Positions 18,995-27,269 of a stretch of 64,000 nt of DNA are shown piece after piece; position 1 is the first letter of the stretch, and each line of letters begins with the position of its first letter. The DNA comes from an archaeon (GTDB lineage Archaea > Thermoplasmatota > Thermoplasmata > JAJSAE01). The stretch lies in assembly GCA_024281315.1 (NCBI GenBank), contig JAJSAE010000075.1, forward strand, positions 4,222 to 68,221. Reading direction: 5' to 3'. Position numbers and translations under genes: made by a program. A model generated the notes under the pieces. The model worked only from the letters and a program-made list of their open reading frames with translations. It was not told the DNA's origin and did no database searches.

Positions 18995-19885
18995 TTATTC
19001 CTCATCTTCTTTATTAATCTGCTTGCTTAGAAGTTCCGCAAAACTCCTGCTCTTTTTTGCTTCTTCTGAAAGGTTCACAACCTTTTCCTCATCAACCTCA
19101 TACATGGGTTCCTTGAAAGTAGCACTCTCAAAGGCCACCGCAAAGGATTCCGAAGCGGCGATCGCGGATGTGATCTTTTGCATATCCTCCCACGGCGCTG
19201 GAAAGTCTTCTTCTGCAGAGACCTGATTCTTCATATACATGTAATATGTCTCGCCAACCTCGGTGACCCTGTGTTCTTTGTCTATAATCTTGTAATTTTT
19301 AAGGACGGAGAGGCGGTACTCCATCTCCTCCATGCCCATCTCCAGCTCTCTCGATATCTCCCCGACTCCTTTCCCGTGCCGGAGTTCTCTTATTATCTCT
19401 CTGTCTATGGTGTCCAGAGCGATTTTATATACCGCAAGAGGCTGTATGGCCACGATGAATGTGCATCTATCTGCTCCCTCATTCATGCAGATTGTCTCTT
19501 TCGCTTCCGACGGCAGTCCGAGATCCTTTGTAAAGAACTCTTCCAGCGCGTCGCTAGTTATATAGCATGTCTTTTTTCCTTTAAGCCGGTATGCTTTCGC
19601 CACGGGATTCTCAGGCACGGAGAATACATATCTGAAATTCTCTACTCTTGTTATCTCCATCCTGCCGAGACCGATGTTCTCGAAGAGGTCGGTCATGAAT
19701 TGATAGAGCGGCGTGTTCGATATTTCCGTGGCATTGGCGCACTTCAGCATCTTTCTCACTTCCGATGGCGGTACGCGAGAACTCTCCAGTGCCGCCCTAA
19801 TTGCCGAGTCTATCTTTGTAAGCTTTCCGAGAACGGCAAGCCCTTCGGCAAAGGATTCGAAGTTGCCAAGTTCCCCTTCCTTCAT
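18995..19885 (-). CDS. V4R-domain protein with HTH region
   Basis: 296 aa. KGKKTCYITSDALEEF...ETICMNEGADRCTFIV fits the V4R C...G...C.F signature. Central DREIIRELRHGKGVGEISRELEM is HTH-like. Confidence 0.55.
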   Translation of the reverse strand: MKEGELGNFESFAEGLAVLGKLTKIDSAIRAALESSRVPPSEVRKMLKCANATEISNTPLYQFMTDLFENIGLGRMEITRVENFRYVFSVPENPVAKAYRLKGKKTCYITSDALEEFFTKDLGLPSEAKETICMNEGADRCTFIVAIQPLAVYKIALDTIDREIIRELRHGKGVGEISRELEMGMEEMEYRLSVLKNYKIIDKEHRVTEVGETYYMYMKNQVSAEEDFPAPWEDMQKITSAIAASESFAVAFESATFKEPMYEVDEEKVVNLSEEAKKSRSFAELLSKQINKEDEE

Positions 19886-20448
19886 TAGATATCCCCCCTG
19901 AGTTTTATGATGAATTTTCTGTCCTCCTCACCAAGAATCGAAATGCCTCTTTCGGTGATGTTTTCCCCGGAAATGTATCCCTCGCCTTCCGCTTTTTCTA
20001 TAAGATGATATATTCTCCTTTCGTCTGTTTTCATGAGGGAGGAGATGAGAAGCGGCGAGTGTAATCCTACCCCCCATAGTTTTACCAGATTTATCAGTTC
20101 GTCATCCTCTCCCGTTGTCACCAGTTGTGGCAGAAGAAAATGTCTTAATGCCATGAGTGTTTCCGCTCTTTCTCCCGACACTTCGATGTCCAATGCGGGT
20201 ATATTGATGCGCAGCCTCGGAGGGTCGTCCTCGGTAATGGTCATATCTATTATTTTTTCTATGGGAATTTCATACCATACATTTCCGTCAGATATCATGA
20301 TCCCAGACATGGCCAGATATATCTTCCCCTCTTTCCACACGAGACCTATGTTTATCCCGGAGTCTCTGGGACTTATTGCGAACTTGACTTCTTCGAGTTG
20401 GTATGCCTTCATGAATGGCCTCCTTTCTCCTCTTATAGTCGGATGCAA
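19885..20448 (-). CDS. hypothetical protein (first gene of the operon; possible wHTH at C-terminus)
   Basis: 187-aa ORF. Its stop overlaps the downstream start, and the AT-rich putative promoter lies directly upstream. Confidence 0.4.
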   Translation of the reverse strand: MHPTIRGERRPFMKAYQLEEVKFAISPRDSGINIGLVWKEGKIYLAMSGIMISDGNVWYEIPIEKIIDMTITEDDPPRLRINIPALDIEVSGERAETLMALRHFLLPQLVTTGEDDELINLVKLWGVGLHSPLLISSLMKTDERRIYHLIEKAEGEGYISGENITERGISILGEEDRKFIIKLRGDI

Positions 20449-20620
20449 ATAGGCCCCATAGTTTATATATCTTTCGCTCTTTCTCTAAAAATATTGATTA
20501 TGGTTAGATAAATAAAAAATAAGAGCCAGACATAATAAGACAGAATTATGGTGTAAAATGTAAAATAAAAAATGAGATGTGAATCGTTAATACGAGTGTC
20601 ACGAAAAAAAATCCTCTTTT
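20449..20620 (-). promoter_or_regulatory. AT-rich intergenic spacer with TATA-like elements (putative promoter of the 20448-15335 operon and terminator of the upstream cassette)
   Basis: 172 nt that are strikingly AT-rich against a ~52% GC background. Contains tttatatat, aaataaaaaataag and oligo-A/T runs. Confidence 0.3.
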
Positions 20621-21064
20621 TCAGTCGTCGAATCGTATCAAAATTTCAGAGGTTCTGGCGATGGAAATCTTCTTTCTGCCGCTTGTGCGAAAGCATATCA
20701 ATCCTGTTTTTTCAAGAGCCAGAAGGTCGTCATAGACATTCTTGTAGTTTCGTTTCAGTGCTATGGTTAGAGCCATGACCGATTCCCCCCCGGTCCTGTG
20801 TATATGTTCCAGAAGTTCGAGCCTTCTCGTTGTAAGTTGATCCATCATCTCGGCATTTTTCCAGATATGGGCCTCCGTCAGGGCGGCGTCTTTCTTTTCG
20901 ATGCCTTTCCATATCATGTAATCATCCACCATCTCGGGCGATGTGCACTTTCTCATGGCGACCTTCTGCTGAAGAGATGTGAGGCTTCCGTATCTTTTTT
21001 TTAGCTGAGCCACCAGTTCTTCTTTTTCTTCACGGCTGTAAGTAATCTTGGACTCTATTCTCAT
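20621..21064 (-). CDS. winged-HTH transcriptional regulator (small)
   Basis: 147 aa. C-terminal RLELLEHIHRTGGESVMALTIALKRNYKNVYDDLLALEKTGLI is wHTH-like. Confidence 0.4.
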   Translation of the reverse strand: MRIESKITYSREEKEELVAQLKKRYGSLTSLQQKVAMRKCTSPEMVDDYMIWKGIEKKDAALTEAHIWKNAEMMDQLTTRRLELLEHIHRTGGESVMALTIALKRNYKNVYDDLLALEKTGLICFRTSGRKKISIARTSEILIRFDD

Positions 21065-21072
21065 GTAACCAC

Positions 21073-21372
21073 CTACAAATCCTCCAGCTCCATGGCCACA
21101 AGGTTTCTTCTGAAAATGGCCACAATCTTGCTCACCTCTTCCAGGCTCTTTTCCTGCACGCTTTTCTGCTCTATTAAAGCACCGTTGGAGTCGTATTTGT
21201 CCACATGCGGCTGCCCTTCGAAATTATCCCATCTCACCTGATTTTCCCATCCGTTTTTTCCGAGAGTTCTGTATGTATAACTATAGTATCTCCTTCGTTT
21301 TCCTTCTGTTATTTCAATTGCATCAATAACCTCATCTCTGTGCATCCATACACGCGTTCTCTGTATCTCCAT
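21073..21372 (-). CDS. hypothetical small protein (99 aa) paired with the wHTH regulator
   Basis: The ORF lies 8 nt upstream of the regulator gene on the same strand. I recognise no motif. Confidence 0.3.
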   Translation of the reverse strand: MEIQRTRVWMHRDEVIDAIEITEGKRRRYYSYTYRTLGKNGWENQVRWDNFEGQPHVDKYDSNGALIEQKSVQEKSLEEVSKIVAIFRRNLVAMELEDL

Positions 21373-21413
21373 GAGAGGGTGATTGCACAGGCAGTAGATA
21401 AATCTTGCTTTTT

Positions 21414-22484
21414 TCAGAACGAATAGTAGTCTCCGAGAATGCCCTTACGTTCTTTTATTTTTTTCCGGACAATGCTGTATGTCTTTTCCGTTCCGAGAAC
21501 TCTCACGCTCAGCCGGTCAAGGCCGGACGAATACGGCAGAACCCATCCCCCCATACCGGCAAGGAGGCTGTGTGTAAGTTTTCCGTTACTGTTGCTGCTG
21601 TATCCTCCCTCCATTATGATGCTGAACTTCCCTGCCGCCCTACGCCTCAGAAAGTCACCGAAAAAGTAGAATCCTTCCTCCGAGACCTGAAGACCCGCGT
21701 AGTTGTCGCTGTAGTGTGAATCGAAGCCGTTTATTCCGAGTACGAAATCGGGCGAAAATTCCTTCATGACCGGCTCCACAATCTCCTGAAATACGAGTTT
21801 ATACTCCCGGTCTCCACTCCCTTTTGGCATCTCCACATTGATGTTATACCCCCGCCCGTCCCCGCTGCCAATCTGATACGCGAATCCTTCGTGCGGATAG
21901 AACTCGTGCGGGTCCCGGTGTATCGATAGGGTAAGTACTGTGGGGTTGTCGTAGAATATGCTGCTGGTCCCGTTTCCGGCGTGTGCGTCCCAATCGATAA
22001 ACATTATTCTCTTCTTTCTCATTCTCTGGAGATGCCTTGCCGTCACGGCTCCGTTGTTGAAGATACAGTAGCCGCTGTATCTGTCCCGGGTTGCGTGGTG
22101 GCCGGGCGGCCTGACAAATGCGAAGGTGCTCTCGTACTCTCCTTTAACCACCATCTCCGCTGCAATTATAGCACCCTGTGCCGCTGTCCTTGCCACCGAA
22201 TAAGTTGACGGAGAGAAGTAGGTACTGTCCCCCAGAAATCCTCCTCCTTTACTGCAGTAGTCCCTTACAAAATCCACATAAAGCCGGTCGTGAACCGCAT
22301 TTATCTCTTCTATTCCGGCCTCTCCGAAGTCCTCTCTGAGGTCTACGCGGTCTCTGGAAAAAAGGTCCGTTCTCGCTTTCAGGAACCGCAGGGCTTTTTC
22401 GATTCTCTCCGGATTTTCAGGGCTGAAACTGGCTGCTTTGTGCGATATGTTGTTGGGGTTGTGGAGCAGTGCGATTCGGGCCAT
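21414..22484 (-). CDS. histone deacetylase-family enzyme (acetoin utilisation AcuC/acetylpolyamine amidohydrolase-like)
   Basis: 356 aa. RPPGHHA and IDWDAHAGNGT (metal-binding D.H...D) signatures of the arginase/deacetylase fold. Confidence 0.8.
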   Translation of the reverse strand: MARIALLHNPNNISHKAASFSPENPERIEKALRFLKARTDLFSRDRVDLREDFGEAGIEEINAVHDRLYVDFVRDYCSKGGGFLGDSTYFSPSTYSVARTAAQGAIIAAEMVVKGEYESTFAFVRPPGHHATRDRYSGYCIFNNGAVTARHLQRMRKKRIMFIDWDAHAGNGTSSIFYDNPTVLTLSIHRDPHEFYPHEGFAYQIGSGDGRGYNINVEMPKGSGDREYKLVFQEIVEPVMKEFSPDFVLGINGFDSHYSDNYAGLQVSEEGFYFFGDFLRRRAAGKFSIIMEGGYSSNSNGKLTHSLLAGMGGWVLPYSSGLDRLSVRVLGTEKTYSIVRKKIKERKGILGDYYSF

Positions 22485-22501
22485 GTTTCCGGGAGCACAT
22501 C

Positions 22502-23815
22502 CTAGAGGATTGATAAAAAGGTTTTGACCTCCCAGTCCGTTACCTGAGCCCGGTATTCATTCCACTCCTTATGCTTTACATGTAGAAAATGGTCTGTTAT
22601 GTGGTCCCCCAGCACATTGCGCATGAACTCGCTCTTTTCCAGATAAGACAGAGCGTGTCCGAGATTACCGGGAAGCGTTTCGATGCCGTTGTCCTTTCTT
22701 TTGAAGATGTTTCCCTCTACGGATGCCGGTGGCTCAATCTCTCTTTTTATTCCGTCGAGACCGGATGCCAGAAGCACGGCGAACTGAAGATACGGGTTTC
22801 CGGCCGGGTCGGGATTTCTCACCTCAAGCCTTGTGCTCTGCCCTCTGCCGGCAGGCACTCTTATCAGCGCACTCCTGTTGAGATGGGCCCAACTGATGTA
22901 AACCGGTGCTTCGTATCCGGGAATAAGCCTCTTGTACGAGTTTACCCATGATGCAAGGATTGCACAGTTCTCCTGTGCGTGTTCCAGCAGACCCCCTATG
23001 TAGTATCTGGCAGTCTGGCTCAGGCCGCCCAGGGCGTTCTCATCGTAGAAAGCATTCCTGCCGTTAAAGTCCTCCAGTGACTGATGGACATGCATTCCGT
23101 TTCCGTTCACGCCGTATATTGGCTTAGGCATGAAGGATGCAAACAGGCGGTGCTTCATGGCTACGGTCTTTATGGCGAACTCAAGAATCATAACTCTATC
23201 GGCGGAGGTCATGGCATCTGCATATCTCAGGTCTATTTCATGCTGGCCCGGCGCGACCTCGTGATGCGTTGTCTCCACATTGAATCCCATCCCGTCCAGT
23301 ATGAGGGCGCTCTCCTTTCTTACCTGCTCCGCTCTGTCCTCAGCGGTGAGGTCAAAGTACCCTCCGTAGTCATCGGGTCTGGCGGTTATCTCTCCCTTCT
23401 CGTTCAGGCGGAACAGAAAGAACTCGAATTCCGGCCCCGTGTTGAATCGGAACCCCATCTTTTCCGCATCTTTCATGGCTCTCTCCAGAACATATCTGGG
23501 GTCCCCGTCAAATCTATTTCCCGTCGAATCGTGGATATTGCAGATGAGGCCAGCGGTTTTCGTCCTTTCGCCGCTCCACGGAAAGATGTGAAACGCATTC
23601 AGGTCGGGATAGGCCCGCATGTCGGATTCGTCTATGGTTGCATAGCCCGCAATGGAGGAACCGTCGAATAATACGCCGTCGTCGATTGCCTTTTCCAGCT
23701 GTTTGGCAGGGATGGAGACACTCTTGACCCTCCCGAGAATGTCCATGAACTGCATTTCTATGAACTTTATCCCCTCTCTCTCCACCTCTTCCAGTATATC
23801 GTCTTTTTCTGTCAT
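22502..23815 (-). CDS. glnA: glutamine synthetase type I
   Basis: 437 aa. FDGSSI, FMPKPIYGVNGNGMHVHQS and NPYL motifs. Confidence 0.9.
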   Translation of the reverse strand: MTEKDDILEEVEREGIKFIEMQFMDILGRVKSVSIPAKQLEKAIDDGVLFDGSSIAGYATIDESDMRAYPDLNAFHIFPWSGERTKTAGLICNIHDSTGNRFDGDPRYVLERAMKDAEKMGFRFNTGPEFEFFLFRLNEKGEITARPDDYGGYFDLTAEDRAEQVRKESALILDGMGFNVETTHHEVAPGQHEIDLRYADAMTSADRVMILEFAIKTVAMKHRLFASFMPKPIYGVNGNGMHVHQSLEDFNGRNAFYDENALGGLSQTARYYIGGLLEHAQENCAILASWVNSYKRLIPGYEAPVYISWAHLNRSALIRVPAGRGQSTRLEVRNPDPAGNPYLQFAVLLASGLDGIKREIEPPASVEGNIFKRKDNGIETLPGNLGHALSYLEKSEFMRNVLGDHITDHFLHVKHKEWNEYRAQVTDWEVKTFLSIL

Positions 23816-23816
23816 T

Positions 23817-25292
23817 TTATGCCTCCAGAAAGTTTTTCTCCCTTACTTTCCCCGTACCGAGATGATAGACGGCCACCCTTGCGGGCTGCGGATGGAAGTT
23901 GTGCATCTTCTGGTATTCCGTTTGAGACTGCCATGTGGATGAATTTATGATGGTTATGCCGTTGAACTCCGCAACTCCGTACGAGTGAACATGGCCGGTC
24001 ACCAGTACATCGGGAACCGGGTCTATTAGCATGTAGTCCGTGCTCTCGGGTGCAAGAGGTGTTTTTTGGCCATAACTCGGTGCAAGAAGCCTTCTTTTCA
24101 GCATCTCCTCCATGGCCAGTAAAGGTGTCTCGTAGCTGAGTCCCCTCACGGAACTGAGTATGTCATCCATGCTCCTGCCGTGATACGAGAGAAAGAGTCT
24201 CCCTTCCAGATTCACATAAACAGGATTGCCGGTGAATACGACATCCTCCGAAAAGAGTTTTCTTATCTTCTCCGGCAGCATGGGTTGAGGCTCGGCCGGC
24301 CTCACCGCATCGTGATTGCCGGGCTGCATGATGATTCTGATATCTGATGGAATCTCCCCTATAAGTTCTGCAAGATGTGCGTACTGCTCGTATATGTCGG
24401 TAATTTCCAGTTCCTTCTCCTGATTTGGGTATATGCCTATTCCGTCCACAAGGTCTCCCGCAATCAGCAGGTACTTCACATTCTCCGCATCCTTACTGCC
24501 CAGCCACTTTACGAATCTCTTCCACGCATCCGGCAGGAATGTATTGCTCCCCACATGTATATCCGAGATTATCGCTACCTCGTTCTCGCTTTCTATTTCC
24601 ATAAGGGCCGGTTTCTTAACCGCCTCCGGCCGCGTAAAGGAGTCGGCATAGAACATATCTCCTTTCATGCTGGTGCTGCCGCTGAAGGCTATGACCTCGT
24701 CCAGAAGAAAATTCTCGGAGATCATGTCCGAATCCTTTTTTATGAGCACGGGAATGTGGTCGCTCATGTCCTCCACATCCACTATGATGTGGCCGTTCTT
24801 TGTGGTCTTTGTCTCCCTTACCATTCCGATGATACTGACGCTGCTGGTCCTTCTCTTTGCCGCCTCTATCGAGACCGACGAGGAAACGCTTTTTTTCAGA
24901 ATCGCGGAAAGCCTTTCGTACCTGTCCCGTATGTATTTCATAAAATCATCAATTTCTCCAGAGCATAGGGAATTTCCGCTTATGTCCCCTTTTATCAGAG
25001 GCGGGGCCGGCAGTTCTCCTATGTTCCTGGCTTCCTCTATCTCGCCCTTATTGTTTTTCAAGGAGGTGGCTATATTCACCTCTCCCTGCGGCGAAATGGC
25101 CTTTCTGAGGTCCTCTATGTCCACAATGCTCTCCGCTCCGGGGATTCGTTCCACGAATTCGTCGAGTTTATCTCCGGTAAGTAGGGCTTCGTCCATCACT
25201 TCCAGATACCTCTCGGCGGCAGGCGTCAAAAGGTAACCCCGGCTGGCGACATAGTAAACTATCCATCCCTTCATACCGGGGCCTATTGTCAA
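23817..25292 (-). CDS. polB: DNA polymerase II (PolD) small subunit DP1
   Basis: 491 aa. Calcineurin-like phosphoesterase motifs AIISDIHVGS, LIAGDLVDG, PGNHD and LVTGHVHS. Its stop is 1 nt from the glnA start. Confidence 0.85.
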   Translation of the reverse strand: MTIGPGMKGWIVYYVASRGYLLTPAAERYLEVMDEALLTGDKLDEFVERIPGAESIVDIEDLRKAISPQGEVNIATSLKNNKGEIEEARNIGELPAPPLIKGDISGNSLCSGEIDDFMKYIRDRYERLSAILKKSVSSSVSIEAAKRRTSSVSIIGMVRETKTTKNGHIIVDVEDMSDHIPVLIKKDSDMISENFLLDEVIAFSGSTSMKGDMFYADSFTRPEAVKKPALMEIESENEVAIISDIHVGSNTFLPDAWKRFVKWLGSKDAENVKYLLIAGDLVDGIGIYPNQEKELEITDIYEQYAHLAELIGEIPSDIRIIMQPGNHDAVRPAEPQPMLPEKIRKLFSEDVVFTGNPVYVNLEGRLFLSYHGRSMDDILSSVRGLSYETPLLAMEEMLKRRLLAPSYGQKTPLAPESTDYMLIDPVPDVLVTGHVHSYGVAEFNGITIINSSTWQSQTEYQKMHNFHPQPARVAVYHLGTGKVREKNFLEA

Positions 25293-25347
25293 TCCTCTAT
25301 TTAATCGTGTTTATCGTTGGATAATTGAGATAAATATAAACTAAATA

Positions 25348-26052
25348 TCAGAACAAATGAGGAAGTGCAAAAAACATGGCAACGGAGGTTGCAATCAGCA
25401 GAATATAAATTGGAATGTTCCACCTCCAGATCTTCGAGCCGTCCAGAGGAGGTATGGGCAGGAGGTTGAAACCGGCCAGAAGGAAGTTTATGCTGGCCAC
25501 GCTGTATGCAGCCATCAGAATCGGGGTGTAGTTTACCAGCATAATTACAGGTATGAGGGAGAAGCCTATGGCAAGATTTACAACGGGCCCGGCCATGGAT
25601 ATCTTTGCGTTCTGCTCCTGATTAATCCTGCCGGAAATCATCACCGCACCCGGTGCCGCAAATACGAATCCCATGAGCGAGAAAAGGAGGGCCATTAATA
25701 TCCCTCTCGGAAAGGCCCGGAATTCCGCCCAGCAGCCGTATTTCTGGGCCACGAACTTGTGCCCCATTTCATGAAAAACAAATCCGCTGAATACGGCAAG
25801 AAAGGAGACAAGCAGGGAATAAAGGAAGATCGGTATGCTGTGATTGTACATCACTCTCGAATAGACAATTGCGAAGGCAAGGGTGAGGCCGCCCACTGCA
25901 ATGGCCAGGTCGCGAATCTCCTGCGGACTGAAGGACAACCTTCGGCGAGGAGGCGTATAGGCATAGGCGACTTCGTACGGGCCGTAATTCATGATTGATG
26001 CAATAATGGATGAGTATATAAGCCTTCCATCACATGTGAAAAATCGAGGCAA
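25348..26052 (-). CDS. site-2 protease-like M50 membrane metalloprotease
   Basis: 234 aa and polytopic. HExxH motif as FHEMGHKFVAQKYG. Confidence 0.7.
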   Translation of the reverse strand: MPRFFTCDGRLIYSSIIASIMNYGPYEVAYAYTPPRRRLSFSPQEIRDLAIAVGGLTLAFAIVYSRVMYNHSIPIFLYSLLVSFLAVFSGFVFHEMGHKFVAQKYGCWAEFRAFPRGILMALLFSLMGFVFAAPGAVMISGRINQEQNAKISMAGPVVNLAIGFSLIPVIMLVNYTPILMAAYSVASINFLLAGFNLLPIPPLDGSKIWRWNIPIYILLIATSVAMFFALPHLF

Positions 26053-26094
26053 ATTATTTATAAATCCTTCCCTTAGTCATGGTGAGGCATTATA

Positions 26095-26424
26095 TTGAAA
26101 AGACAAGAGAACAATAACCCCGGGGACGAGTATGTCCGTGTCAAACTTCCCAACAGGCGTAAGGGAGAGATGTTTGCCATAGCAGACCAGTTGCTCGGTG
26201 CCGGAAAGATACGAATTGTATGCGAGGACGGAAAATCAAGGCTCGGCCGCATTCCGGGAAAGATAAAAAAGAGGATGTGGATACGGGAGAAGGACCTGCT
26301 CATTGTGATTCCATGGGATTTTCAGGACGAAAAGGCCAACATTCTTTACAGATACACCAATACTCAGGCCAGTTATCTGAGCAGAAGCAATAAGATTCCC
26401 CCGGGCATAGATATCTACAAATAG
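26095..26424 (+). CDS. eif1a: translation initiation factor aIF-1A
   Basis: 109 aa. YVRVKLPNRRKGEMFAIAD...RLGRIPGKIKKRMWIREKDLLIV is the classic IF-1A OB-fold sequence. Apparent TTG start. A TATA-like tttataaat lies about 30 nt upstream. Confidence 0.85.
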   Translation: MKRQENNNPGDEYVRVKLPNRRKGEMFAIADQLLGAGKIRIVCEDGKSRLGRIPGKIKKRMWIREKDLLIVIPWDFQDEKANILYRYTNTQASYLSRSNKIPPGIDIYK

Positions 26425-26432
26425 GTGCATGA

Positions 26433-27224
26433 ATGGAGGAAGAAAAATATCGTTTTCTGGAGCATCGACTCGAGGGTCTTAATATACGGGAGAAGGATAG
26501 CTCCGCCCGAAAAACCATGGATGAGGTCTTTGACGAGAAGACTCTTCTTACCCTGTACAAACTGATGACCAGAGGTGTTATAGAAAAACTCGAGTTTCCC
26601 ATATCCACCGGTAAGGAAGGAAATGTTTTTCTGGGACTGGATAGAGATGGAGGGCAGCTTGCCGTCAAAATATACCGTACTTCCAATGCCACATACAGAA
26701 GTCTCGCCAGATACATTGAGGATGACCCCAGATTTCGAAAGGTGAAGAGGAACAGAAGGGCCTTAATCAAGGAATGGGCGAGAAAGGAGTTTCAGAACCT
26801 GCACAGATACAGGAATACCTCCCTTCCCGTGCCGGAACCGGTAGCTGTGCTGGACAATGTTCTCGTTATGACCTATGTTTCTCTTGACGAAAGTCCTGCG
26901 CCCCAGTTGAGAAGTATCGGGCTGAAGGCAGATATTTTGCAGGCTGTATTCGACACGGTGGCCGATTTCATAGTCAGGGGATACCATGAGGCGAAACTGG
27001 TTCACGGAGATCTCAGCGAGTTTAACATACTTTATTCCGATTCCGGCCCGGTCGTCATCGATGTGGGGCAGGCGGTCATTTCGAGTTATGCCATGGCTCC
27101 CATATATCTGAAAAGGGATATCGAAAACATAAGAAAGTACTTCCTGCGTAACGGTGCGGATATTTCAAATCCTGCTCTTGACGAACTTGTTTCTCAGTTG
27201 AAAACAGAGCATCTTCTACTGTAA
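26433..27224 (+). CDS. rio1: RIO-type serine/threonine protein kinase (Rio1-like)
   Basis: 263 aa. STGKEGNVF, LVHGDLSEFN and IDVGQAV motifs. The aIF1A-Rio pairing is common in archaea. Confidence 0.85.
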   Translation: MEEEKYRFLEHRLEGLNIREKDSSARKTMDEVFDEKTLLTLYKLMTRGVIEKLEFPISTGKEGNVFLGLDRDGGQLAVKIYRTSNATYRSLARYIEDDPRFRKVKRNRRALIKEWARKEFQNLHRYRNTSLPVPEPVAVLDNVLVMTYVSLDESPAPQLRSIGLKADILQAVFDTVADFIVRGYHEAKLVHGDLSEFNILYSDSGPVVIDVGQAVISSYAMAPIYLKRDIENIRKYFLRNGADISNPALDELVSQLKTEHLLL

Positions 27225-27269
27225 ACCTCAGAAAAACAATAATAAATAAAGGAAAGGGATTTCAGGGTC

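Noticed and set aside
17405-19888. Plus-strand ORFs 17405-18181, 18126-18842 and 19178-19888
   Set aside because: They are antisense to the KaiC, Roadblock and V4R operon genes and have Ser/Leu-rich shadow-frame composition.
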